A DNA stretch of 64,000 bases, from positions 32,001 through 96,000 of the forward strand of contig JAVLKG010000002.1 in assembly GCA_032128875.1 (NCBI GenBank). Reading direction: 5' to 3'. The stretch is from Candidatus Melainabacteria bacterium 17Bon1m. GTDB taxonomy: Bacteria; Cyanobacteriota; Vampirovibrionia; Obscuribacterales; Obscuribacteraceae. The notes beneath the pieces were generated by a model, which ran no database searches, was not told the origin of the DNA, and worked only from the letters and a program-made list of their open reading frames with translations. Both the position numbers and the translations under genes were made by a program. Positions 17,143-26,852 of the stretch are shown one piece after another (position 1 is the stretch's first letter; each line of letters starts with the position of its first letter).

Positions 17143-19587
17143 ATGGACAGCGGCGCTGACATATGCCCAGCCGACCAGCCTCGCGCGGCTTCGGAAGGTA
17201 CCTGGCTTCAAGAAAATGTCTGGAAACCTATGGTTGCCGGAAGCGGTGTTCTGCAGGTTTACAACACGTTTGCTAGCGAGAATCATAAGGCTGAAATCCC
17301 CCAAGTTCATCATGCTCAGGTCGGCACAGTCGACTGGATGACGCAAAATGTTTCGTCGGCGGCTGGCGCGATCCTTCCCTATGTTCTAGCCGGTAAGGCT
17401 ATGGGCGCAGGTATGCGCGGAGTCGGTGCAAAACTTGGCGCAGAGGGCGCTCTAGGAAGAGCTCTTGCCAGTGATCGCGCCGCGCTGGTTTTGGGTGCTG
17501 GGGCTTACGACTTCACCAAGGCGCCAAACCTGGGTGAAACTCGAGTTGGTAATGCCATTGGTACTATGACAGCGTTCACCTTGTTCGAAGTTGGCAATTC
17601 CAAGTTGGGACTAAACAAAGGTTTGCCGATGATGACTTCGAGCGTGAAGGAGTTTACTAAGCAAGTTGCCGGGCGCTCTTTTGTTGGTGCGGTTGGCGCT
17701 GCGTCTGGTCTTGAAGCCTCACATTTGTATAGTACTGGAAGATTTGCAGATGCCAAAGACGCATACAATGCAATGGCAACTGGTGCCTTCCTCAACACTG
17801 CACTACCTGCGGTGCAGCACGGCGCTGGCAAGGCGATAGACGGCTTTAATAATGCCACCGGTCGTGGTGTGCCAGTAAATCGTTATTTGCAGAATCGCGG
17901 CTGGGACAATGTTCCTGAATTGCAAGACGTCGCGAAAAACCACCTCTTCGCGAGAGTTCTCGATGTGAAACCCGACCAGCCAATCAAGCCGGGTACCAAC
18001 AGAGTTGAAATGTCTCCTCACGACTCCCCTGCATCTCTAGCGGCTAAGCTTTCTGAGTTGAAGAAGCCATACGAGGTTGCTAATACCGGCGAAGGTGGAA
18101 AAACAAACGAAGTTGCCAAACCTGTCGAGCGTGTTGCACTAAGCGAAGAGCAATCAATGACTCTCCGCAGCGCTGCCGATTTCGCCCATGAGTTGACCGC
18201 AAAATTTCCTCAAGTCGATGCGAACGGCAATATCAATTATTACCTTGCCGGTTCGCTTGCAACGATGTTGCTGATCGAAGGCGGCGGAAGAATGGTTCCG
18301 ACAAAAGGCACAGCACTTCCATCATTCGAACCTGCGAATGCTGTTTCGATACCAGAAGCCGGCATGAATCATCTTTCGACCTTCATTCGAAAGATTGGTG
18401 ACTTAGATTACCTGCCTCTGAAAGACTACGCAAAGCAGGACGTGAAGCTTGGTAAGGGTGGTGCGGGTCCAGCGTTTGACGAACTCACTCCATCAGCACG
18501 TGACGTGTTTAAAGAGTCCCGCGATGGCAGCAAAGTTATGGCCGATCCGGTTGCGTCAAAAGGCGATCACACAGGTGTTGCGATAGAAATTGGCGGTAAG
18601 ACCTTTTACATCGCCAACCCCGTTGATGCGCTCGCATACAAACTCATTCATGCGGCCGAATCGTTTGGCTCCAATGAATCAAAAGTTCCCACTATGAACA
18701 AGGATTTTTCAGCCCTGCTCAATGGTCTGGAGAGTGTTTATCCTCGCGAAACTCTAGTTAATGCAGTGTCTGATGCAATGAATCAGTACAACAAGAACAG
18801 CCCAAATGGACTTTATCTGCGGGACTATCATCCAGGCTTGTCTCCCGAACTGAAGTCCTTTTTCAACGACGTCATCGCCAAAGACCCTAATGCTAGTTAT
18901 CTATCTGGACTGAAGTTTGGGCAAGAACGCAGCATAGGTATCCTGCGTATCTTAGGCAGAATGGAGTCGGATGCCTCCAAGCGTCAACTGATTGATTTCA
19001 TCAATAGCAACAAAGACGCGGTTGATTTGTGGCAACCAACTGAGTCTCTGCACAATCGCATGACTGTTGCTGCTGAAATTTTGAAGAATCCAGAACTACT
19101 GAAGAAGATTGAATCGCAAGTAAAAGGCGCGCCGACACAAGAATCTATTGCAGAAGCACTAAAGACATACAGTGGAATGATGCGAGAAGTCGGAAACACC
19201 TTGCCCGTCGGTAGTATGGAGCGGACACCTGTAACCAGCTATGTGCTGGATAACCTGATGCGCGTGAGTGAGTCAAATTTGGCTGTAGAACTCAACATGA
19301 TGAATTCACTTATGCAGAAAAGTGCAGACCCATTTTCTATATACATGATTATGGATTCTGGCTATTTCAAAGGACAATCGCGTTCTTCAGTCTTAAGCGA
19401 TTTGCAGAATGCTGCGTCAACTCTAGCCCCTGAGCAATTAGGCAAGTTTTTGTATGAGTACAAGAAGGCGATAGCGGAAACAAGTGAATACGACCGCTCT
19501 AACAATAGGTGGATAGATATAACCGATGTGGATCGACCAGCCCGTGCCCAATCTGTAATGTCCGAATTCGGACTTTTGCATCAATAA
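17143..19587 (+). CDS. Large orphan protein: Gly/Ala-rich hydrophobic N-terminus plus putative Pol-beta-superfamily nucleotidyltransferase domain
   Basis: 814-aa ORF; YYLAGSLA...RKIGDLDY...ANPVDALAYKL...KDF motifs. Confidence 0.55.
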   Translation: MDSGADICPADQPRAASEGTWLQENVWKPMVAGSGVLQVYNTFASENHKAEIPQVHHAQVGTVDWMTQNVSSAAGAILPYVLAGKAMGAGMRGVGAKLGAEGALGRALASDRAALVLGAGAYDFTKAPNLGETRVGNAIGTMTAFTLFEVGNSKLGLNKGLPMMTSSVKEFTKQVAGRSFVGAVGAASGLEASHLYSTGRFADAKDAYNAMATGAFLNTALPAVQHGAGKAIDGFNNATGRGVPVNRYLQNRGWDNVPELQDVAKNHLFARVLDVKPDQPIKPGTNRVEMSPHDSPASLAAKLSELKKPYEVANTGEGGKTNEVAKPVERVALSEEQSMTLRSAADFAHELTAKFPQVDANGNINYYLAGSLATMLLIEGGGRMVPTKGTALPSFEPANAVSIPEAGMNHLSTFIRKIGDLDYLPLKDYAKQDVKLGKGGAGPAFDELTPSARDVFKESRDGSKVMADPVASKGDHTGVAIEIGGKTFYIANPVDALAYKLIHAAESFGSNESKVPTMNKDFSALLNGLESVYPRETLVNAVSDAMNQYNKNSPNGLYLRDYHPGLSPELKSFFNDVIAKDPNASYLSGLKFGQERSIGILRILGRMESDASKRQLIDFINSNKDAVDLWQPTESLHNRMTVAAEILKNPELLKKIESQVKGAPTQESIAEALKTYSGMMREVGNTLPVGSMERTPVTSYVLDNLMRVSESNLAVELNMMNSLMQKSADPFSIYMIMDSGYFKGQSRSSVLSDLQNAASTLAPEQLGKFLYEYKKAIAETSEYDRSNNRWIDITDVDRPARAQSVMSEFGLLHQ

Positions 19588-20033
19588 TTGGACGATTCTA
19601 AAGTTGAAATTCAGACAATCGTTAGTTTGAGGTATGGACAAAACCTGGCGATTGTTGGATAAAGTAATTTCAGACCTGACAATCGTGACGAAACGTATTT
19701 GAGACACGTCTTGAAGAAGATCATTGGCAAAATGAAGCAGTTATGGTGGTTCTTGGGCGAACGCCAACATCTGTGGTAGTCACTTCACTGCGATGCAGCA
19801 CATCTAGCTTAGCGCTGTCGTAATGTTGTGCAATCGGCGAAACAAGAACTAAGTCAGGTAATTCTTATGATTTCGATTTTTGACTTTGGGGATTCGGCAT
19901 CCTTTGTATAAAGGCTGCTAACACAAGCATTTTGTGCCCCATGACATCTGCTTGCGGATTTGTTGGTACATTGTATGAGAATTACAAGTACGGTAATTCC
20001 AAATCCAGTTGGCGTCTTCCCATGGTGACCTAG

Positions 20034-20768
20034 ATGTTGAAGAAGTTCGTTTCGCCCCGCAAAAATCTCTCAGCTCCTTTGACCGCGAGCCTGCAGAGCG
20101 CGGTCGAGCAGGTTAAGGCGGATATTTGGGCGGTTCGGGCTTCTGACGAGCACTACAAGCGCCGCAATGCCCTTGTAATCTGCAGGCACACTGAACTGGC
20201 TAAGATTTCGATTCCGGACGCTTTCAAGGGCACCGATATCTTTTGGCTGGACTGGAAGGGCGAAGTCCTTACCAAGCAACGATGCATAGAACAAATCGTT
20301 AAGCCGCTTGCTCAAGGGGCAAAGATCAAAACCGTAATTGTTTTCGATGCCGAGTTGATGGACGCAGAAAAACTGGAGTATATGTCCTATTGTTTGGACA
20401 CTGTCGACCCATCCACTGCTTTTGTTTTTGTCGTGATGGCTTCTACCGTTGTGCCATTCTTGCGGCGTCGATGCGAAGTCAGTCTTGATTTCAAAGAAGC
20501 TGGTCCCACTGAGCAATATGTAGCAGAGGCAGTCAGGTATTTCCGAGAGATGTTCAAGCAGCTCGCCGACATGACGCTGAGCGACGCCTTCATGAGCGAG
20601 GTAAAATTGCACATCTCAACGATGTCACCAGATGCAGTGGCATTGTTGCTGGATGCGTTTTGGTATCAATACACCGAAGCACGATTCGCCGGCGTTTATC
20701 TCAATACCGATGAGTTTCGGCTGTCGCTTTTTCAAAAGGCGATGCAACCAAAGCACACGAACAATTAA
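20034..20768 (+). CDS. Hypothetical protein, degenerate clamp-loader-like AAA+ fold
   Basis: VIVFDAELM (Walker-B-like), TAFVFV, VVPFLRRRC (SRC-like); no Walker A. Confidence 0.45.
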   Translation: MLKKFVSPRKNLSAPLTASLQSAVEQVKADIWAVRASDEHYKRRNALVICRHTELAKISIPDAFKGTDIFWLDWKGEVLTKQRCIEQIVKPLAQGAKIKTVIVFDAELMDAEKLEYMSYCLDTVDPSTAFVFVVMASTVVPFLRRRCEVSLDFKEAGPTEQYVAEAVRYFREMFKQLADMTLSDAFMSEVKLHISTMSPDAVALLLDAFWYQYTEARFAGVYLNTDEFRLSLFQKAMQPKHTNN

Positions 20769-20774
20769 TTGGCG

Positions 20775-21089
20775 CTATACAGTGATTCCGATTTGAGCGC
20801 TTCTGATTTCGTCTACCTTGCGTCCTTTGAAGCAGGTGTTGCAATAAACCGGTTTGTATCCCTGTGGTCTAAAAGGAATTACAAAATCAGTTCGGCACTC
20901 TTCGCAAGTCACTTTCGATATAACATCAGTGCTTTTGCCTGCGCGGTAGAGGCGGTTGAAAATTCGGCAGTTTTCGCAGCGTTTGGGTGTATTCGTCAAC
21001 CCCTTGTTGCTGAAAAACTCTTGCTCTCCGGCTCTAAAAATAAACGGTTTTGCGCATTGGATACAGTTCAATTCTTTATCGTTAAACAT
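20775..21089 (-). CDS. Zinc-ribbon protein (zf-trcl plus CxxC-x17-CxxC)
   Basis: DKELNCIQCAKPFIF.AGEQEFF..KG...PKRC..CR; CEEC...PFRP...KPVYCNTCF. Confidence 0.9.
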   Translation of the reverse strand: MFNDKELNCIQCAKPFIFRAGEQEFFSNKGLTNTPKRCENCRIFNRLYRAGKSTDVISKVTCEECRTDFVIPFRPQGYKPVYCNTCFKGRKVDEIRSAQIGITV

Positions 21090-21332
21090 ATTCGAACTCC
21101 GGTCTCCAAGGTCACCACGCCCACCTCAGTAGGACCTCTTGGGTGCTAGTTATTCGAATATAGGCACTTTTCCCTATATTGGCATGCTGGGGTAGCGCAT
21201 ATTTATGTCATCAAAACCCAACAAAACTGCGGCTTTGTAACGCAAGTGAGGGATGTTTTGCGTCTGAAACACCCTCGGCATAACGCTTTTGTGGGATTTA
21301 TGCCTTTGCGTAAACGGCGGAACTGATATTCT

Positions 21333-21361
21333 GGAACCATACCCCTACCTCTAACGTCCAC
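21333..21361 (+). promoter_or_regulatory. ECF-sigma-type promoter candidate
   Basis: GGAACC-N17-GTCCAC, 47 nt upstream of ATG 21409. Confidence 0.6.
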
Positions 21362-21408
21362 TACCTAACGTGCCCGAAAAGTGTAATACCGAAGGTTTTA
21401 GGACTCTT

Positions 21409-22050
21409 ATGACTGACCACGATCGAGGCTGGAGAAATGACAGCGGGATATTTCGCGCTATCAGTGGTGCGGGCAAGAAGCCGCGTAGTACGTCCAGCAA
21501 TGAGCTAAATCAGCCTAACCTCGATGGTGTCGCGCGGATGCCGGACGAACTTTGGAATTTTGGCGACATGCGTGGAATGATCCACACCGCTTGCCTCGAG
21601 GCTTATGAGAGGTCGCGACCCGTCAGTTTGTTTCTCATTGCGGTCGATGAATTAGAGGGTTTGAAGCGCAATTTTGGCGAACTATTTGTCGAGTCAGCGA
21701 ATATCTTTGTAGTGAGAGCACTTGTAGACACTAGAAATGAAATCTTCGGAACGTTTAGCAAAATCGTTGTCGGCGAGTATGTTCCAGGTCGGTATCTGAT
21801 GTTGCTGCCCGGTGTGCTCGGCGCGACGGCGGCGGAATTTGCAGAAGTGCTGCGCAAGTCGGTCAACGATAAGGACTTCATTTGGAATAAACGGCCGATG
21901 CGGCTAACCATCAGTATTGGAATTTCGCACAAGCCAGGGCACGCCGGTGACCAAGATTACATGATTATGCAAGCGGACCAGGCGTGTTCGCAGACTATGT
22001 CCGTTGGCGGCAACAAAGTCACTATTGCGCGCATGACTGAAGGATTTTAG
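21409..22050 (+). CDS. Degenerate GGDEF-domain protein
   Basis: SLFLIAVD, AEVLRKSV, LTISIGIS, AD.A...K/GGNKV; active-site position reads EYVPGRY instead of RYGGEEF. Confidence 0.75.
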   Translation: MTDHDRGWRNDSGIFRAISGAGKKPRSTSSNELNQPNLDGVARMPDELWNFGDMRGMIHTACLEAYERSRPVSLFLIAVDELEGLKRNFGELFVESANIFVVRALVDTRNEIFGTFSKIVVGEYVPGRYLMLLPGVLGATAAEFAEVLRKSVNDKDFIWNKRPMRLTISIGISHKPGHAGDQDYMIMQADQACSQTMSVGGNKVTIARMTEGF

Positions 22051-22078
22051 ACGCAGTCACTTTCGGATACGCGTATCA

Positions 22079-22106
22079 GGAACTGTCTTAACCATCTGAA
22101 GTCTGT
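22079..22106 (+). promoter_or_regulatory. ECF-sigma-type promoter candidate
   Basis: GGAACT-N16-GTCTGT, 32 nt upstream of a small ORF. Confidence 0.55.
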
Positions 22107-22138
22107 ATTTGATGTGGAGTGGTTTAGGGTAGGAAGAA

Positions 22139-22231
22139 GTGGAAATTCTTTGGGGACCAAGCATTTTGCTTAGTATCGTGTTGAGCGTCGCGCTCACTGT
22201 GATACTCAACTTGATGTTCAACAGAAAATAA
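22139..22231 (+). CDS. Unannotated 30-aa single-pass membrane protein
   Basis: GTG start after GGTAGGAAG; MEILWGPSILLSIVLSVALTVILNLMFNRK*. Confidence 0.6.
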   Translation: MEILWGPSILLSIVLSVALTVILNLMFNRK

Positions 22232-22270
22232 ACTCGGCATACAGAAATTTAGCGAGCTGTGCAAAGCGAA

Positions 22271-23527
22271 CTACGTAGTTGGCTCGGGCTCTTTGTACAG
22301 CTCATGAATGTGTAGATTGCGAAGTTTTGGTGCGCGAATGCTGGTAACCAAAACAACCAACAACGTCATGACACCTCCGAATACAACAGATGGCACCAGT
22401 CCCATAAGCTTTGCAGCTGTGCCTGATTCAAATTCTCCAATTTCATTGGACGATCCGATGAACATGCTATTTACTGCAGCAACTCGACCTTTCATATCAT
22501 TAGGTGTTACCAGCTGAAAAATTGTGCTGCGCACCCAGACGCTGATGCCGTCCAACGCTCCACTGATTGCGAGTAAAACCAGTGAAAGATAGAGATTGGT
22601 CGATAGCCCAAATCCAATGATACAGAGCCCGAATCCGGCAGCTGCGAGCATAAAGACTTTGCCGGAATTGTGTGTGATTGGATGGCGAGTTAACACAACC
22701 GCTGTTATTACGCTTCCTACTGATGGTGCTGCACGGAGAACTCCCAGCACTTGCGGCCCGCAATGGAAAACATCTTTAGCGAAGATTGGCATAAGGGCTA
22801 CGGCTCCTCCAAAGAGCACTGCGAACAGGTCCATCGCCATCGCGCCGAGGATAATCTGATTTGAGAATACGAACTGTAATCCTTCCTTGATGTTTTCTAG
22901 TATGGTGTCGTGCTTGTTGGGATTTATGTCCGACTTCGATTTGATCAGTGAAAAGCTAACGAAAGCGCAAGCTAACAATATTGTCGAAAACATATATGTA
23001 TTTGCGGCTTGCACCCAGCCGTACAGAAGACCTCCGAAAATAGGGCCGATGACTGCCGATGCTTGCCAGACCGTACTGTTCCACGCTGCGGCGTTGCCCA
23101 TCAAGTGCCGCGGCACGATATCTGAGACGGTTCCAAAAATGGCAGGCGCGTAAAATCCGCGCGCCACGCCTGAAATGGCAATCACTATAAACAAACAAGT
23201 AACTAACGACCAATTTGCAGGCATTGCCAACGTACAGCCACAGAGCAGGGCCAAGCTAAGGACGAGTGTTCCAACTGCCCAGAGTACAATCTTTTTTCGA
23301 TCAACCACGTCAGCTACGTGTCCGGCGTAGAGGGCGACACCGATAGCAGGAATCGCCTCCGCCAGTCCGGCGAATCCAAGCATCAAGGGATTATTGGTGA
23401 TGGCGTAAATCTGCCAGCCAACTGCAATTGCTTGGACTTGAACGGCAACGGTTACCATCAGCCTACTTATCAACAAGCGTCTGTAATCTGCAATTTCTAA
23501 GACGGCGTAAGCGTTTTCTTCAGCCAA
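22271..23527 (-). CDS. MFS transporter (EntS/H+ antiporter-like)
   Basis: About 12 hydrophobic segments; AGHVADVVDRK; DLFAVLFGGA; SNEIGEFESG. Confidence 0.9.
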   Translation of the reverse strand: MAEENAYAVLEIADYRRLLISRLMVTVAVQVQAIAVGWQIYAITNNPLMLGFAGLAEAIPAIGVALYAGHVADVVDRKKIVLWAVGTLVLSLALLCGCTLAMPANWSLVTCLFIVIAISGVARGFYAPAIFGTVSDIVPRHLMGNAAAWNSTVWQASAVIGPIFGGLLYGWVQAANTYMFSTILLACAFVSFSLIKSKSDINPNKHDTILENIKEGLQFVFSNQIILGAMAMDLFAVLFGGAVALMPIFAKDVFHCGPQVLGVLRAAPSVGSVITAVVLTRHPITHNSGKVFMLAAAGFGLCIIGFGLSTNLYLSLVLLAISGALDGISVWVRSTIFQLVTPNDMKGRVAAVNSMFIGSSNEIGEFESGTAAKLMGLVPSVVFGGVMTLLVVLVTSIRAPKLRNLHIHELYKEPEPTT

Positions 23528-23631
23528 CGGGGAATCCTTTTACGGTGCTGCGGCAATCGATATCAGCGAACCAAAGACTGGATGGTTCCCGCAACGCATA
23601 CCATTATAGATTACCGATTTTGTTGCCTGAA

Positions 23632-24021
23632 CTACGCGCTGCGTTGTTCTACTGACCACTTGTTGACGATCGACTCTAAATCGGATAGTGAGTGTGGTTT
23701 AAACAGATAATCGTCCATACCCGCATCAAAGCATTGTTTGCGATTTGGATTGGCGGTCATCGCGATGATTGGTGTGCGTTTGCGAGACGCTTTTTTCTCC
23801 CATTTGCGAATTTCTTCTGTTGCTTCAAGACCACTGTAAATGGGCATTTGCACATCCATCAAAATCAGATCGTATTCCTCAGTTTTGATTGCGGTCAATG
23901 CTTCCTTTCCATTGACTATCGCTACGCCACTGCACTTAAGTCTCTGCAATTGAGAGAGAACTGTTAGTCTGAGGATTTTGTCATCCTCAACCACGAGTAT
24001 TTTTCTTTCAGGTTTAGGCAT
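23632..24021 (-). CDS. Single-domain response regulator (receiver)
   Basis: VVEDD, ILMDVQMP, MTAN, KP. Confidence 0.9.
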   Translation of the reverse strand: MPKPERKILVVEDDKILRLTVLSQLQRLKCSGVAIVNGKEALTAIKTEEYDLILMDVQMPIYSGLEATEEIRKWEKKASRKRTPIIAMTANPNRKQCFDAGMDDYLFKPHSLSDLESIVNKWSVEQRSA

Positions 24022-25447
24022 TTTCGTTTAGCCTCAGCGGGACGGTAAACCAAAATAGAGAACCGGAATTTTCTTCGCTTTGAACGCCCACGGCACCCAG
24101 CATCAATTCCACAAAACGTTTTACGATTGAAAGTCCTAAACCAGTGCCACCATACTTGCGCGTTGTTGTTCCGTCGCCTTGAACAAACGGTTCAAACAGG
24201 CGAGATTGTGTTTCTGCATTGACACCAATTCCGGTATCTTTAACTGAAAAGCGGACCACTGCCAAATCATCAGTTTTCGACTGAATATCAGCGCGAATTT
24301 CAACACTTCCGACTTCGGTGAACTTAATGGCGTTGAGAGCAATGTTGTGAAGCGCCTGTCGAATGCGGATAGGATCTCCGTAAAGAGTTGAAGGTATTGA
24401 GGAGTCTACAGCAAATTTCAGTTGAAGTTCTTTTGCATTCGCCAATGGTGCAATCCCGGCAACGACATCATCGACAATTTTTGATACAGATAATGGAATA
24501 CTTTCGATTTCCATTTTTCCTGCTTCGAGTTTTGAGAAGTCGAGCAAGTCGTTTACTATGAGCATCAGGTTTTGCCCTGCTTCTTTGATGTTCTCAGCTA
24601 ATTCTCGCGACGATTCAGGAATGCCTTCTTCAGTGGCGAGCAGTTCTGCTAGTCCGAGAATCCCGGCCATGGGCGTGCGAATCTCATGGCTGATATTGCC
24701 TACAAATTGGCTCTTCAACGCACTTGCTAAAACGGCTTCATCTCTGGCGCTTTTCAGAAACTGGTTGGCTTCCAGCAACTCGTCCGTGCGTTCTAACACC
24801 TTTGCCTCCAAAGAATCATTGAGGCGCACCATCTCCTTATTGAGTTCACGAAGGCTCTTATTCTTCTCCTCCAGCTCGGCGTTCAACCCATCCAACAGTG
24901 CTTGTTTCTTTGACAATTGTTCGAGCGCGTGGAGCAATTCCTGGTTTTGTTGGTGAACTTCATCGAGAGGGCTCGCGGCAGCCATTTTTGTAAGTGAGTT
25001 TGCGAGTTCGTTGATTTCGTTGGCAGTAAATGGAAGACGCGGAGCAAGGTTCTTGTATAAGCGAACAACTGTGCCGTTACTCGATGTATCAATCAAGAAG
25101 TTGTCTACAAGCCTGCTTGCCCCGACCAAACCAGTGGTTTCTGTTCGTCTGGCGAGAATTTCGTCCTTGTTGTCGATGCCTGGTCCTTGATCTGCAATAA
25201 CCGCAACAAAGGTAAATGGATTTCCTGAATCATCGAGCATGAAAGAAATCTTGCCACCCTTTGCGTGAACAACAGCGTTGCGAGAAATTTCGCTCACGGC
25301 TGTGCTGATACGAGTTTGATCTTGTCTGTCAAAACCTAGCAACAAAGCTATTTGACGAGCCCTTCTTCTCGCCAGAACGACGTCACCCTCGTTGTGCACG
25401 ATCAAGCTGACTAGCGGCTTCTCTTTGGATTCGGAAAGGCTCTTCAT
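24014..25447 (-). CDS. Histidine kinase with N-terminal RsbT-like domain
   Basis: TAVSEISRNA/DQGPGI N-terminal domain, coiled coil, SHEIRTPM, NAIKFT, GGTGLGL. Confidence 0.9.
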   Translation of the reverse strand: MKSLSESKEKPLVSLIVHNEGDVVLARRRARQIALLLGFDRQDQTRISTAVSEISRNAVVHAKGGKISFMLDDSGNPFTFVAVIADQGPGIDNKDEILARRTETTGLVGASRLVDNFLIDTSSNGTVVRLYKNLAPRLPFTANEINELANSLTKMAAASPLDEVHQQNQELLHALEQLSKKQALLDGLNAELEEKNKSLRELNKEMVRLNDSLEAKVLERTDELLEANQFLKSARDEAVLASALKSQFVGNISHEIRTPMAGILGLAELLATEEGIPESSRELAENIKEAGQNLMLIVNDLLDFSKLEAGKMEIESIPLSVSKIVDDVVAGIAPLANAKELQLKFAVDSSIPSTLYGDPIRIRQALHNIALNAIKFTEVGSVEIRADIQSKTDDLAVVRFSVKDTGIGVNAETQSRLFEPFVQGDGTTTRKYGGTGLGLSIVKRFVELMLGAVGVQSEENSGSLFWFTVPLRLNENA

Positions 25448-26442
25448 TGCGCGTGCGCCCCCTTAAATATAAGTACTGTCGCGTCGTCACTTTTCTTACC
25501 GTAGTTTTGGTATATCCAGGCTGCCATTAAAGCTGGTGAATTCTCCATGGACTCCAATGCGGAGTCGGCTGCCGATGCGATTCCGTCAGAGTGCATCATT
25601 AAAGTACAGCTTTCGTTCCACGGCATAGAAACTTCCATGAATTTTCGCGCTTCATAGCCAAGCGTTCCATTCAAGGAGGTCATATGTTTTTTCTTTTCAC
25701 TGGAGATGTAGACTCCAGCGATATTTCCTAAACCGCAGTAGGATAACTTTTCACTGTTGAAATCGATTTTAGCAACAGCGCCAACACCGCCTCTGCTGCC
25801 TCTCAGAGATAAGTGGATTATCTTCAAACATTCAGCAGGCGGGAGATGCAGATTTTCGGTAAACCGTCGGCGAGCCAGATTAGCTGCTTCGTTCGCTTCA
25901 AAGCCGTGACCTAAACCGTCCACAAGCATGCAGTAGACGCCTTCACTAGTCGAGGCTATGCACCATTTGTCTCCTGAAAGATCCTCGCCTGGTTTTGGCA
26001 CAGAAATACCGCCACCATATTGTTTTGGTTTGACCCCCTTGTTCCAAAACCTTACCTTTACAGCTGAGCCGATTCCTTCTTGAGAGTAAATGTCGAATTC
26101 ATCCGAATTTCGTTTGGCGGCGCCAAGCCCGTTGCCTAATGTCTCTGTTGTAGAAAAACCATCCTGCAGACAACTTTTCACGTCCATTCCGGGTCCGTTA
26201 TCCAGGGAAAATATCTCCAGACCTTGAGCATCCGAATTCAGCAATCCTTGCACGAGAAACTTTCCACCGCGTGGACTGTGCTTGATCAGGTTTGTCCCCA
26301 GCTCCGTCACTACAAGCGAGACTCTGTCCTGCGCTTTTTGATCAAGCCCATATTCGACCGACATCTTCAAAATCCGTCTGCGAGCCTCGCTTATCTGGCT
26401 GCGTTCGGCTACCTCAAGCTCGATTGTGTCAGTCACATCCAT
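25444..26442 (-). CDS. RsbT-like HATPase fused to SpoIIE/PP2C phosphatase (RsbX-like)
   Basis: TELGTNL, DNGPG, GNGLG; SGD, VDGLGHG, HSDGI, DDAT. Confidence 0.9.
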   Translation of the reverse strand: MDVTDTIELEVAERSQISEARRRILKMSVEYGLDQKAQDRVSLVVTELGTNLIKHSPRGGKFLVQGLLNSDAQGLEIFSLDNGPGMDVKSCLQDGFSTTETLGNGLGAAKRNSDEFDIYSQEGIGSAVKVRFWNKGVKPKQYGGGISVPKPGEDLSGDKWCIASTSEGVYCMLVDGLGHGFEANEAANLARRRFTENLHLPPAECLKIIHLSLRGSRGGVGAVAKIDFNSEKLSYCGLGNIAGVYISSEKKKHMTSLNGTLGYEARKFMEVSMPWNESCTLMMHSDGIASAADSALESMENSPALMAAWIYQNYGKKSDDATVLIFKGAHAQ

Positions 26443-26852
26443 TTGGTTACCATTACCGTAGTGCCTGGTGGAGAGATTAATTCGAATTCGTCCATCAGTC
26501 TTTTGGAACCGCTCAACCCTAAGCCCATGCCTTTCTTGGACGTGTATCCATCCGAAAGTGCAAGGCGTGCGTCTGCAATTCCCGGGCCTTCGTCTTTAAA
26601 GGTAAGGCGTATGCCATCACGGTCAAGTTCCCGAAGATGTTCAATTTGGACGCTACCGCCGTGACCGTGCTCAATGGCATTGCGACCTAGTTCGCTCGCC
26701 GCTGTCATAATTTTGGTTTGATTTAGGGAGGAGAATCCCATGTCTGCAGCATGCCTTTTGACAGCCGATCGCATCTCGATAAGGTCATCTTCGGTTTTCA
26801 ATTCTTGAAACCCAAGCAAAAGTGCTGTCACGATCAATTTTTCTCGGTCCAC
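26433..26852 (-). CDS. rsbT: RsbT Ser/Thr kinase (copy 2)
   Basis: TAASELGRN, DEGPGI, GMGLGLSGSKRLMDEF, KW; start uncertain. Confidence 0.9.
   Translation of the reverse strand: MDREKLIVTALLLGFQELKTEDDLIEMRSAVKRHAADMGFSSLNQTKIMTAASELGRNAIEHGHGGSVQIEHLRELDRDGIRLTFKDEGPGIADARLALSDGYTSKKGMGLGLSGSKRLMDEFELISPPGTTVMVTKWM

Noticed and set aside
19588-20033. Possible immunity gene downstream of the 814-aa protein
   Set aside because: All three plus frames are interrupted by stops within about 20-50 codons; no intact or recognisable ORF.
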